Source of the DNA: an uncultured Armatimonadetes bacterium
GTDB taxonomy: Bacteria > Armatimonadota > Hebobacteria > Hebobacterales > Hebobacteraceae
Assembly (NCBI GenBank): GCA_963716175.1
Contig: OY970296.1
Coordinates: 1,952,001-2,016,000, forward strand
DNA length: 64,000 nucleotides
Direction: 5' to 3'
Each line of letters opens with the position of its first letter. Within the stretch, counting starts at the first letter, position 1. Below the pieces are notes generated by a model. The model worked only from the letters and a program-made list of their open reading frames with translations, was not told the DNA's origin and made no database searches. The translations under genes were made by a program, and so were the position numbers. Positions 51,324 to 60,147 of the stretch are shown in pieces.

Positions 51324-52867
51324 ATGCGGAGGCCGACTGTCATGCTCGTGGGTGCCAATCTGGTGATGATTCTCTTTCTGTTCATGGCATCTAGCGCCCT
51401 TGGCGCGACCCACTACCTCGACTCCACCGCTGGCGATGATGCTAACGACGGGACTTCCGAGACCTCTGCCTGGTGCACACTCGGAAGGATCAACGCCACC
51501 ACGTTCTCCCCCGGCGACAAGATCCTCCTGAAGGCCGGCTCGTCTTGGAACGGGCGCTTGTGGCCCAAGGGCTCCGGGGCGCCCGGCAGGCCGATTGTCA
51601 TCGGCTCCTATGGCGAAGGGCCACCTCCCGCCGTTCACGCCGAAGGGAGGCGCTTCGAAGCTCTCCACCTCCACAACCAGGAGCACTGGGAGATCGCGGG
51701 CCCTCGAGATCACCAACCACGGCCCCGACGGTCCCGCGCCCCGTGCTGGCGTCCGCATCCTCGGCGAGAACGCTGGCGCCCTGAACCACATCTACCTCCG
51801 TGACCTGGAGGTGCACGACGTCAACGGCCACAACAGAGAGGGGCGCGACTCGGGCAAGTGCAACGCAGGCATCCTCTTCGATGTGATTGGGCTCGAGACG
51901 CGCACGTGGTTCGACGACGTCCTCATCGAGGGCTGCTATGTGCACCAGTGTGACCGCTCGGCCATCAAGACCTGGACCGACTGGAGCCGCCTCCGACCCC
52001 GCGACTGGGCCCCCCATATCCACCTCGTCATTCGGGGGAACCGCGTTGACGACATCGGCGGCGACGGCATCATCGCGTGCATGGCCGACGGCCCTCTCAT
52101 CGAGCGCAACGTCGCCTCCCGCTGCAACATGCGCTCCGGCCTCTGGAACGTCGCCATCTGGGTCTGGGAATGCGACGACGCCATCATCCAGTTCAACGAA
52201 GCGTTCCTCACCAAGACGACAAAGGACGGCCAGGGCTTCGACATAGACGGCATGTGTCGGCGCACGATCGTGCAGTACAACTACTCCCACGACAACGAAG
52301 GCGGCTTCATACTGCTCTGCGAGACCGGCGATCCCGATCCTCGACTCTTCAACGACGGCTCCATCGTCCGCTACAACATCAGCCAGAACGATGGTGCGCG
52401 CATCTTCCAGGTCGGGGGAAAGGTCACCAACGCACGGATCTACAACAACGTGATCTTCGTGGATGAGCACCGCGGCGATCCCCTCATGGTCTGGCACAAC
52501 GAGGACGGGATGTGGCCGGACCGCATCCGCTACGTCAACAACATCTTCGCCAACCACGGATCCGGTGGCTTCGATCTCGGCAATAGCAGCAACACCGTGT
52601 TCGACTACAACGTCTTCTTCGGCTATCACGACCGCACCGAGCCCGAATGACGCGCACAAGCTTGCTGACGATCCGCAGTTCATCGCGCCCGGCACGGGCC
52701 AGACTGGCCTCGACACCGTTGGCGGCTACCGGCTCGAGCCCCACTCCCCCTGCATCGACTCCGGTGGAGCCATCGCTGACAGCGGCGGCCGCGACTACTG
52801 GGGCAACCCGGTGCCTTCTCGATCTGTCCCGGACCGTGGTGCACACGAATGTCCACAGGTGCCCTGA
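51324..52867 (+). pseudogene. right-handed beta-helix secreted protein with two +1 frameshifts (~51701, ~52643; may be sequencing errors)
   Basis: YLDSTAGDDANDGTS..PGDKILLK; DGQGFDID..QYNYSHDN; DPQF..SPCIDSG..PDRGAHE spread over three frames. Confidence 0.8.
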
Positions 52868-53123
52868 CTCAGCGAGAACGAAGCAGCGCCATCCCACCGC
52901 GGAGCGGACCTCTGGCAGCGGCCCCGTCGCGGTGCCGAGCACCGGCGGGCGCACCCATTTGAATCCCAGCGAGGTATCCTTCATCGGCTCGGCGTAATCC
53001 CGGACCAGGGCTGTCAACGAGCGCAGGGAATACCACCCATGGGCTCTGCAGGGGCCCTGAGAGCCAGATAGGTTTTCGGACAGCGCAGGTACAGGCGGCG
53101 CCACGAGACGAGAGAGTCGAAGA

Positions 53124-54869
53124 ATGAGAGCGGTTATCTTCCTGAGCTGTGTGGTGGGCCTGATGGCAATGCCCGCGGGCTGTGCGGCCGCAACGGATGC
53201 GGTCAAGTCACAGAAGCTGGTGCTGGAGGCGCCGACAGTTCATTGCCTGGGGGTGAGATGGTATGTGGCCGGGGATGAGAACGGGAACGCCTCGGTGCAG
53301 GTGAGTTATCGAGAGAAGGGGGAGAGCAGTTGGCATCAGGCGATGGACTTGTTCCGTGTGGGCACCGGGCCGGATTCGCAGGAAGGCGAGAAGCGACTCG
53401 AAAGCGGGGGCCGAGACGAGTGGCCGTTCCCGCTGGGCAACTTCTTCGCCGGAAGCGTGTTCGATCTGAAGCCAGACACGGTGTATGAAGTGAGGTTTGC
53501 CCTCTCTGATCCTGACGGCGGGAGGTTCGTGGAGAAGGTGCAGGCCCACACGCGCATGATCCCCGTGTCGCCGAAGCCGGAACGCACGCTCCATGTGGTA
53601 CCCGGCGCCGGGGGCGGAAGTGGGACACAGGAGGACCCGCTGCGCGGGCTGGAGGCGGCGGATGCGGTGGCCAGGCCGGGCGATCTACTCCTGGTGCACC
53701 AGGGCGTGTACCAGGGGCCGTGGGAGACCGACAAGAGCGGGAAACCGGGCGCGCCCATCGTATGGCGAGCGGCGGGAGACGGGGAGGCGGTGGTGGACGG
53801 CGGCGGGGCGCACCGGGCGGTGGGGGCAAACCAGACCCATGATCTGTTCTTCGAGGGGCTGGCGTTCCGCAACGCAGACTTCGTCTTCGTCGCGCACGGA
53901 GCTTCCAATCTCTCCGTGCAGCGGTGTCACTTCTACCAGTGTAACTACGGCTTCACCGCCCACAACAACGAGCCGCCCATGGGCGGCTTCTACATCGCCG
54001 ACAACCTGTTCGAGGGGCCCTCCACCTGGCCGCGCACGAAGGGGATCGAGGATGCGCGGGCGATTCAGGTGTCCGGTGAGGGGCACGACATCTGCTACAA
54101 CCGCATCCGCGGCTTTGGCGACGGCATTGACATCATGGGCTCCCCTCCCGGCCGCGCCATTGACTTCTACAACAACGAGATCTCCGAATGCACCAATGAC
54201 GCCATCGAGCTGGACTACGGCCAGACCAATGTGCGCGCATTCAGGAACCACATCACCAACTGCTTTGAGGGCATCAGCACCCAGCCGCTCTATGGTGGGC
54301 CCGCCTATATCTTCCGGAACGCTATGTACAACCTGGAGTACACTCCCTTCAAGATGCACAACCGTCCCTCTGGGGTATTGCTCTTCCACAACACGATAGT
54401 GAAGAGCGGCATCCCGTGGCCCCTCTACTCGGGCGCGCCAGTCGGGAAGGCGATGTCCTGCAACAACCTCTTTGTGGGCGGGCCGGCGGACTATGCGATG
54501 GAGTTCAGCCCATTGGTTGAACAGGCTCACTTCGACCACGATGGATTCGCGGGCGGACCTTTCGCCATGTTCGCCAAGTGGCGTGGCGAGCGATATGTCA
54601 CATTTGGTCACTTCCGGAGCCAGAGCGGCATCGAACGCCACTCGGTCTGGCTGGGGAACGGATCCCCCTTCGCCTCCGGGGTGAAGGTGCCGGCCAATCT
54701 CAGCGAGCAGTTCCCGATCACCGCCAACGACCTCCGGCTGAAGCCGCAGTCACGGGCTGTTGACGCAGGTCTGGTCCTCCCGAACCTGAATGACGGCTAC
54801 TCGGGCAAGGGACCGGACCTGGGGGCGTACGAGCTAGGGCAGGCGCTGCCACACTATGGGCCCCGGTAG
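53124..54869 (+). CDS. secreted right-handed parallel beta-helix protein
   Basis: Signal peptide; PGDLLLVHQGVY; Asn-ladder repeats; PDLGAYE C-terminus. Confidence 0.85.
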   Translation: MRAVIFLSCVVGLMAMPAGCAAATDAVKSQKLVLEAPTVHCLGVRWYVAGDENGNASVQVSYREKGESSWHQAMDLFRVGTGPDSQEGEKRLESGGRDEWPFPLGNFFAGSVFDLKPDTVYEVRFALSDPDGGRFVEKVQAHTRMIPVSPKPERTLHVVPGAGGGSGTQEDPLRGLEAADAVARPGDLLLVHQGVYQGPWETDKSGKPGAPIVWRAAGDGEAVVDGGGAHRAVGANQTHDLFFEGLAFRNADFVFVAHGASNLSVQRCHFYQCNYGFTAHNNEPPMGGFYIADNLFEGPSTWPRTKGIEDARAIQVSGEGHDICYNRIRGFGDGIDIMGSPPGRAIDFYNNEISECTNDAIELDYGQTNVRAFRNHITNCFEGISTQPLYGGPAYIFRNAMYNLEYTPFKMHNRPSGVLLFHNTIVKSGIPWPLYSGAPVGKAMSCNNLFVGGPADYAMEFSPLVEQAHFDHDGFAGGPFAMFAKWRGERYVTFGHFRSQSGIERHSVWLGNGSPFASGVKVPANLSEQFPITANDLRLKPQSRAVDAGLVLPNLNDGYSGKGPDLGAYELGQALPHYGPR

Positions 54870-55016
54870 CCGCCGCCGGGCGCGCCGCCAGCGGGGGCGG
54901 AGGGTGGAGCGTTCATGCCCAAGGGGCAGTCGGCGAGAGTGATCGTAGAGGGAGTCGGCCTGGTCCACCAGGACCGCGGACAGGACCGGCCCCTCGTTCT
55001 TATTCACGGCTCTGGA

Positions 55017-55171
55017 TGTCCACCGCTCGTGAAGCCGGCCTCAGGGCACCTCTCGACTCCGGCTGCCGCTCGTCTTGGAGTCACTGGACGGGGTTCTATC
55101 GCGCAGGCAGGGAGGACACCACGGCAGGTCCGGGGCCGGCGCTCGCCGCGGTCACCCGTGCATACCGGACC
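55017..55171 (+). repeat. junction hairpin repeat copy 10 (A-type left, type III extension)
   Basis: A module, core, then GGTCCGG...CCGGACC hairpin. Confidence 0.85.
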
Positions 55172-55195
55172 TGGGATTGCCCCGCAAGCCCCCGA

Positions 55196-55750
55196 TCAGT
55201 CATGGTGGCCTATGGTCTGCTCGTCTCTCTTCGCTAGGTCGAGGACCATGTGGATGTCCTCTGGTTCGCGCTCGTATAGCTCCCTGTTGACATCCAGCGT
55301 CGGGCGGAAGCCGCGGCTGCGGTAGAACCCGACGGCCGAGCGCGACGGGGTGGCAGAGACGTACAGCGCGGCCGACCCCGCGTCTCGGGCAAGCCTCTCC
55401 ACCTCCTGCGCCAACCGCGTCGCAACACCCCGACGACGGTGAGTGCGACTGACCCACAGTCCCCCGAATTCGGACATGCCCGGGCTCAGGTGGGCACGGA
55501 AGATCGCAAGGCCCACAAGGAGATCGCCCTCGAACGCGCCGATCATCACGTCCCCCCTCACCAGGCGCTGGCGGATGCGTTCGACACGTCTGCTGCACTC
55601 CTCATCACTCCATCGGGCTCTAGTCCACTCCTCGGGTACGGCCACCACCTCGCCGTCGATCCACTGGTAGACGATGTCTCCATGCTCGGAGACATCCAGC
55701 TCGCGGAGGCGCTTGGCCTCATCTGGCCCCATCCATCTGGTCTCGATCAT
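55196..55750 (-). CDS. GNAT family N-acetyltransferase
   Basis: LWVSRTHRRRGVA, SATPSRSAVGFYRSRGF, EPEDIHM. Confidence 0.9.
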   Translation of the reverse strand: MIETRWMGPDEAKRLRELDVSEHGDIVYQWIDGEVVAVPEEWTRARWSDEECSRRVERIRQRLVRGDVMIGAFEGDLLVGLAIFRAHLSPGMSEFGGLWVSRTHRRRGVATRLAQEVERLARDAGSAALYVSATPSRSAVGFYRSRGFRPTLDVNRELYEREPEDIHMVLDLAKRDEQTIGHHD

Positions 55751-55875
55751 CGTAGATCTCTCCTGCCTCCGAGCGATGTGGCCTGCTCCCGCGCTATGTC
55801 TCCTCGCCGGTGAAAAGGAGACGCCTTCATTGCTTCGCCAACCTGCAAACGTGGCCCAATGGCGTCTGCTTCCCT

Positions 55876-56030
55876 CTGTCGCTGTCAACCGCCCGTGAAG
55901 CCGGCCTGAGGACACCCCCGACTCCGGTTGCCCCTCGGCTCGGAGTTGCTATCCGGGGGTTCGTCTCGTATGTGTCCGGTATGGCAGGGCAGCCGCCCCA
56001 CGCTGGCGATCTTGGGCGGGCCCGCCCAGT
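55876..56030 (+). repeat. junction hairpin repeat copy 11 (A-type left, type II extension)
   Basis: A module, core, then GCAGCCGCCCCACGCTGGCGATC. Confidence 0.85.
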
Positions 56031-56211
56031 TCGGGCCCCGACCAACTCCTAGCCCATCCCCAGTGCCTCCCAGACCAGGGATGTCCGCGAGGGCACAGAA
56101 TGGCACAAGAGGGGCTGTGCAGGGGGTCCGGGAGCCATATCGGCTTGCAGACATGATGATCTCGCCCTTCGCGGCGCTCACCATACCAACCACCTAGCGG
56201 GAGCCAACCGC

Positions 56212-57177
56212 ATGCGCGACATCCGCGTTGCCAGCGTCCAGTTCGAACACGCGCCCGGTGGTAAGCAGGCAAACCTCGACAAGATTCGTCACTTCGTCGC
56301 CGAGGCTGCCTCTCAGGGCGTGGAGATGATCGCCTTCCCGGAGTGCTGCATCACCGGCTACTGGTTCCTGCGCCACCTGTCCCACGATGAGATAGCCGCT
56401 TTGGCAGAGCCGCTGTATGACGGTCCGTCCTGCCAGGAACTGATGGCTCTGTCGCGGCGGTACGGGATAACGATTGGCGCGGGCATGATCGGGATCGAGG
56501 ATGGCCGGCGGATCTACAAGCCCTACGTGGTGGCGATGCCGAACGGCGAGTTCCGTCACCACCGGAAGCTCCACCCTTTCGTCCACCCCAGCATTGTGCG
56601 CGGCGGTTCCTACACGGTGTTCGACACTCCTCACGGCTGCCGCGTCGGTGTGCTCATCTGTTATGACTGCAATATCATCGAAAACGTGCGCATCGCCGCA
56701 CTGATGGGCGCGGAGGTTCTGCTCGCACCCCATCAGACCGGCGGCTGTCGCTCCAATGACCCCAACATCATGGGGATCATTGACCGCGCGCTCTGGGACA
56801 ACCGAAGTACCAACCCCGAGGCCATCGAGGACGAGTTCCGTGGCGAGAAGGGAAGAGGCTGGCTGATGCGGTGGCTGCCTTCCCGCGCCCACGACAACGG
56901 GATGTTCCTCATCTTCAGCAACGGGGTGGGGATAGATGATGATGAGGTCCGCACGGGCAACGCTATGATCATCGATCCCTATGGCCGTATCCTCTCCGAA
57001 ACCTGGAAGGCCCAGGACGATATGGTGGTGGCCGACCTCGACGCATCCCTGCTGCCAGAAAGCACCGGACGGCGGTGGATCCGAACACGCCGGCCCGAGC
57101 TCTATGGTCCGCTCAGGATACCCACCGGTCTTGAGCAGGACGCACGCGCGGTGCGGTTCGACGGCAAAGGCGCTTAG
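56212..57177 (+). CDS. nitrilase / carbon-nitrogen hydrolase family protein
   Basis: Catalytic E-K-C: FPEC, HRKLH, ICYD. Confidence 0.93.
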   Translation: MRDIRVASVQFEHAPGGKQANLDKIRHFVAEAASQGVEMIAFPECCITGYWFLRHLSHDEIAALAEPLYDGPSCQELMALSRRYGITIGAGMIGIEDGRRIYKPYVVAMPNGEFRHHRKLHPFVHPSIVRGGSYTVFDTPHGCRVGVLICYDCNIIENVRIAALMGAEVLLAPHQTGGCRSNDPNIMGIIDRALWDNRSTNPEAIEDEFRGEKGRGWLMRWLPSRAHDNGMFLIFSNGVGIDDDEVRTGNAMIIDPYGRILSETWKAQDDMVVADLDASLLPESTGRRWIRTRRPELYGPLRIPTGLEQDARAVRFDGKGA

Positions 57178-57508
57178 CCCAACTACGCCCGGCTCGGCCT
57201 GACCTGTTTCGTCTGGCTGTGCACCCCAATAGCCCTATCCAAGCACTCCTGGGCGGTTCTCTTCCCGGCTGAGTCGGTGCTATCCTTGCCTCATGAGTAC
57301 CGTTTCGAGCTTCCTGTCTAAGGGATGTTCCGTCAAACGTCGCCCGCGAGGCGTCGGACGCCCGCCGTGACCAGCCGGTCGCGGAACATGCGAGAGGCGG
57401 CCAGACACAAGGTCCGCTGTATCGTGGCACCCCGACCGGAGGCGCAGTGATCAGAGTTGAAGGGCCTGCCAGCAGCACCCTAGTGCGGGCCGCCGAACAT
57501 GCGTCGGC

Positions 57509-57642
57509 GGCGGCCCCGAGCACCCCCGACTCCGGCTACCCCCTCGGCTTGGAGTCACTGTCCGAGGTCCGGTCGCGGACGGGAGAGCGCATCGCGCGGG
57601 TCCGGTACCGGCGATCACTCGGCCGCCCGGGCATGCCGGACC
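57509..57642 (+). repeat. junction hairpin repeat copy 12 (G-type left, type III extension)
   Basis: Near-consensus core plus GGTCCGG...CCGGACC. Confidence 0.9.
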
Positions 57643-57657
57643 GACGGCGGCAGCCGC

Positions 57658-59643
57658 CTATCCGAACCAGACCTGGTAGCCCGCGACAAGATCGGGTACT
57701 GCGGCGCCCACCAAGCCCCAGACGACGCCCGCGGTGAACACGTGGCCCAAGGCGAAGCCGAGGAAGCCTGGAACGGCCGCCCGGTAGAGCTTCATCCCTC
57801 CGTACCGTAGGATCAGCACCTTGCACAGCCACACGACGAGGAACGGGAACCAGACCAAGTCACCATAGGCAGTAGCCACGGCAAAACCGAGAGGGTGGAA
57901 TGGGGACCATCCGAGGCGTTGCCGTAGCCAGATCAGCGCGCCGGTCGCGACCACGCCCCATCCGGTGGCAGCGATGCGGGCCGGATCGGGCGCGATAGGA
58001 GCCCGCATCGCAGCCATCACCTCTCCGAAGTCACCCTGCGCGAGGTCGCTGCCCCAGATTGCGCCGTCGCGCAGATGAACGGCGCCGTATCGGTAGTAGG
58101 GAACGAAGTGGAAGTAGTACGCCACACCCAGGCCAATGACGAGCGCTAACATGACCGCGACCGCCATGTGCGAGGGCTTCATGCGGGTCTGCTCCGCAGT
58201 CTTGAAGCTGTCCACCTGGTAGCCGATGAGGGCCGGGAAGTAGCCGCGGGACAGGAAAGCCAGCAGCGCAAGCATAGTGAGCGTCGCCGGGTGGCCCCCT
58301 TGCATGAACACTGCTGTCCCCAGGGTGTAGAGCAGGATCTTCTTCTGCATCCAGAAGGGGAAGGCCCAGACCAGGGGCATGCCCGCTTCCGCGCGGATGC
58401 GCGCACACACGAGTGCCACCAGGCCGAGGATGACCATGTAGGCGATGGCCACCCAGGCTGCCATCCCCGCCATACCGCAGAACAGCAGCACGAGCAAGGA
58501 GCTCACCACCAGGCCTACGAGCGCCCATCGGAGTGGGAACGGCGCGCCCGCGTCACTGGGGCTTCGGGCCCGGCTGAGCAGCTCAGCAAGAGCCTGCCTG
58601 ATGGTGCCGCGTGCCGACCACAGCAGCCCAAGCCCCAGGAGGAGGAACGCGCCAAGGCTCTGCTCTTGCGGGTATGGCACGTCGGCAGCCGCATAGCCAT
58701 AGGAGGCAATCAACAGGGCTTCGAGCTTGTAGACAAGGAAGAAGAACCAGATGGAGAAGCTGATCTCGGTGGAGACCAGGAACCCGAAGCCGATCAGAAC
58801 CGGGGTGAAGTAGATAGGGAGGGGGAGTACGGAACTCCAGGGCAAGCTCGGAGAGGCCGGTCCCACATAGCCATACCAGGCTAGGCCGGGTAGTGCCGGA
58901 TAAAGCGCGTGCAGGATATTGACGAGGTTGAAGAGGAAGGTCAGGCTGAACCCGACCCACATGACAGGATTGAGGAAGAATGGACGTCGGGTCGCACGTC
59001 CCATTGTCGGACTGGTCATCTCCAGGGCGAGCTCGACGATGGGGAAGCTGAGGCGTTCCTCCTGGACCCACCGCCTTCGCACCAGTGCCACCATGCACAG
59101 CATGGCGGTCCAGAATGCCGCAAGGAAGCCGCTCCAGACCAGAAGAGGAACCAGCCACGCGCCCCAGGGGACTGGGCCTGACCCCATATACAGACCCTCT
59201 ACGATCGCGGGGCTGTGGGGCGCCATCCAGTTGGGTATCCACCGCTGGAGTGAAACCAGATCGTTCTCCGGCCTGGCGAAGTAGAAGGGGTACGTCACCG
59301 AAGCCAGCCAGTACCGGATCACTCCAACCCCGGCCATCGAGATGGCAATCCCCACGAAGGTGTAGATCGCGAGGATCTCCACCCGGCTCAGTTGCGCCCC
59401 CCGCCGGATCGCGCGCAGGAGTGGGTTGATGGCCAGCAGGAGCATCAGCGCGCCCAGGGCGGGGATGGCGGGCACTGCCTCCGATATCTGGGTCGAGATC
59501 ACGACGATCTCGGCCTGCCGGACCCAGAGCCCGCAGGTGATAGTGAGCAGGACCGCGATTAGGAGGGCTCGCCAGGTCAGCGCCTCCGAAGCCTCCTTCG
59601 CAGTCTGCGTGGCGCGTGTTCGTCCCGGACCAGTCGCGGTCAT
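57658..59643 (-). CDS. DUF6785-like polytopic membrane protein (putative peptide transporter)
   Basis: WVQEERLSFP, RIRAEAG, PFHPLGF, LRYGG, PGFLG motifs. Confidence 0.85.
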   Translation of the reverse strand: MTATGPGRTRATQTAKEASEALTWRALLIAVLLTITCGLWVRQAEIVVISTQISEAVPAIPALGALMLLLAINPLLRAIRRGAQLSRVEILAIYTFVGIAISMAGVGVIRYWLASVTYPFYFARPENDLVSLQRWIPNWMAPHSPAIVEGLYMGSGPVPWGAWLVPLLVWSGFLAAFWTAMLCMVALVRRRWVQEERLSFPIVELALEMTSPTMGRATRRPFFLNPVMWVGFSLTFLFNLVNILHALYPALPGLAWYGYVGPASPSLPWSSVLPLPIYFTPVLIGFGFLVSTEISFSIWFFFLVYKLEALLIASYGYAAADVPYPQEQSLGAFLLLGLGLLWSARGTIRQALAELLSRARSPSDAGAPFPLRWALVGLVVSSLLVLLFCGMAGMAAWVAIAYMVILGLVALVCARIRAEAGMPLVWAFPFWMQKKILLYTLGTAVFMQGGHPATLTMLALLAFLSRGYFPALIGYQVDSFKTAEQTRMKPSHMAVAVMLALVIGLGVAYYFHFVPYYRYGAVHLRDGAIWGSDLAQGDFGEVMAAMRAPIAPDPARIAATGWGVVATGALIWLRQRLGWSPFHPLGFAVATAYGDLVWFPFLVVWLCKVLILRYGGMKLYRAAVPGFLGFALGHVFTAGVVWGLVGAAVPDLVAGYQVWFG

Positions 59644-59870
59644 GGCCTCTCTGTGCTCGCCCAGCGATCTGTCCTGCCGGTGGTCTGGCGATATGCGGCA
59701 CGGATGTCCAACAGGATGAGACGGCGTGCGATTGTCACATCGGCACGGAACGCCTGTCAAGGCGTGGATGGGCGCAGTCCCAGTCGGCCGACGCCGCTGC
59801 CTTCCGGGCAGTCGGGACCGGACTCTCAGCAGGGCACGTAGGGTCCGCCACAGTGGAGCATCCGGGCCCG

Positions 59871-59935
59871 CCCCCGCGCGTCGACCCCTCGACTCCGGCT
59901 ACCCCCTAGCTGAGAGTCACCGTCAGGGGCCTCGT
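59871..59935 (+). repeat. junction hairpin repeat copy 13
   Basis: ACCCCTCGACTCCGGCTACCCCCTAGCTGAGAGTCAC. Confidence 0.85.
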
Positions 59936-60147
59936 GGCCTGTAGGATGGCGATCTTCCCCATCCAAGAGCGGCAGACTGCCTCAGGAGGTATAGGGGGCA
60001 GCGGGCCGAAGAGGTCCCTCTGTGGTGGGTGAGCAGCTGGGCGCACCAGGAGGACGATGACCTTCACCTTGGGCGCGGCGCATCCTCTGCGGAGTTGCAC
60101 GCTTACTCAGGAGCTTGTGACGCCCAAGGCACAGGGACGGGCTAGCG

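Noticed and set aside
51690-52650. Programmed frameshifting in the beta-helix gene
   Set aside because: Single extra C in short C runs with no slippery heptamer; sequencing error or decay is more likely
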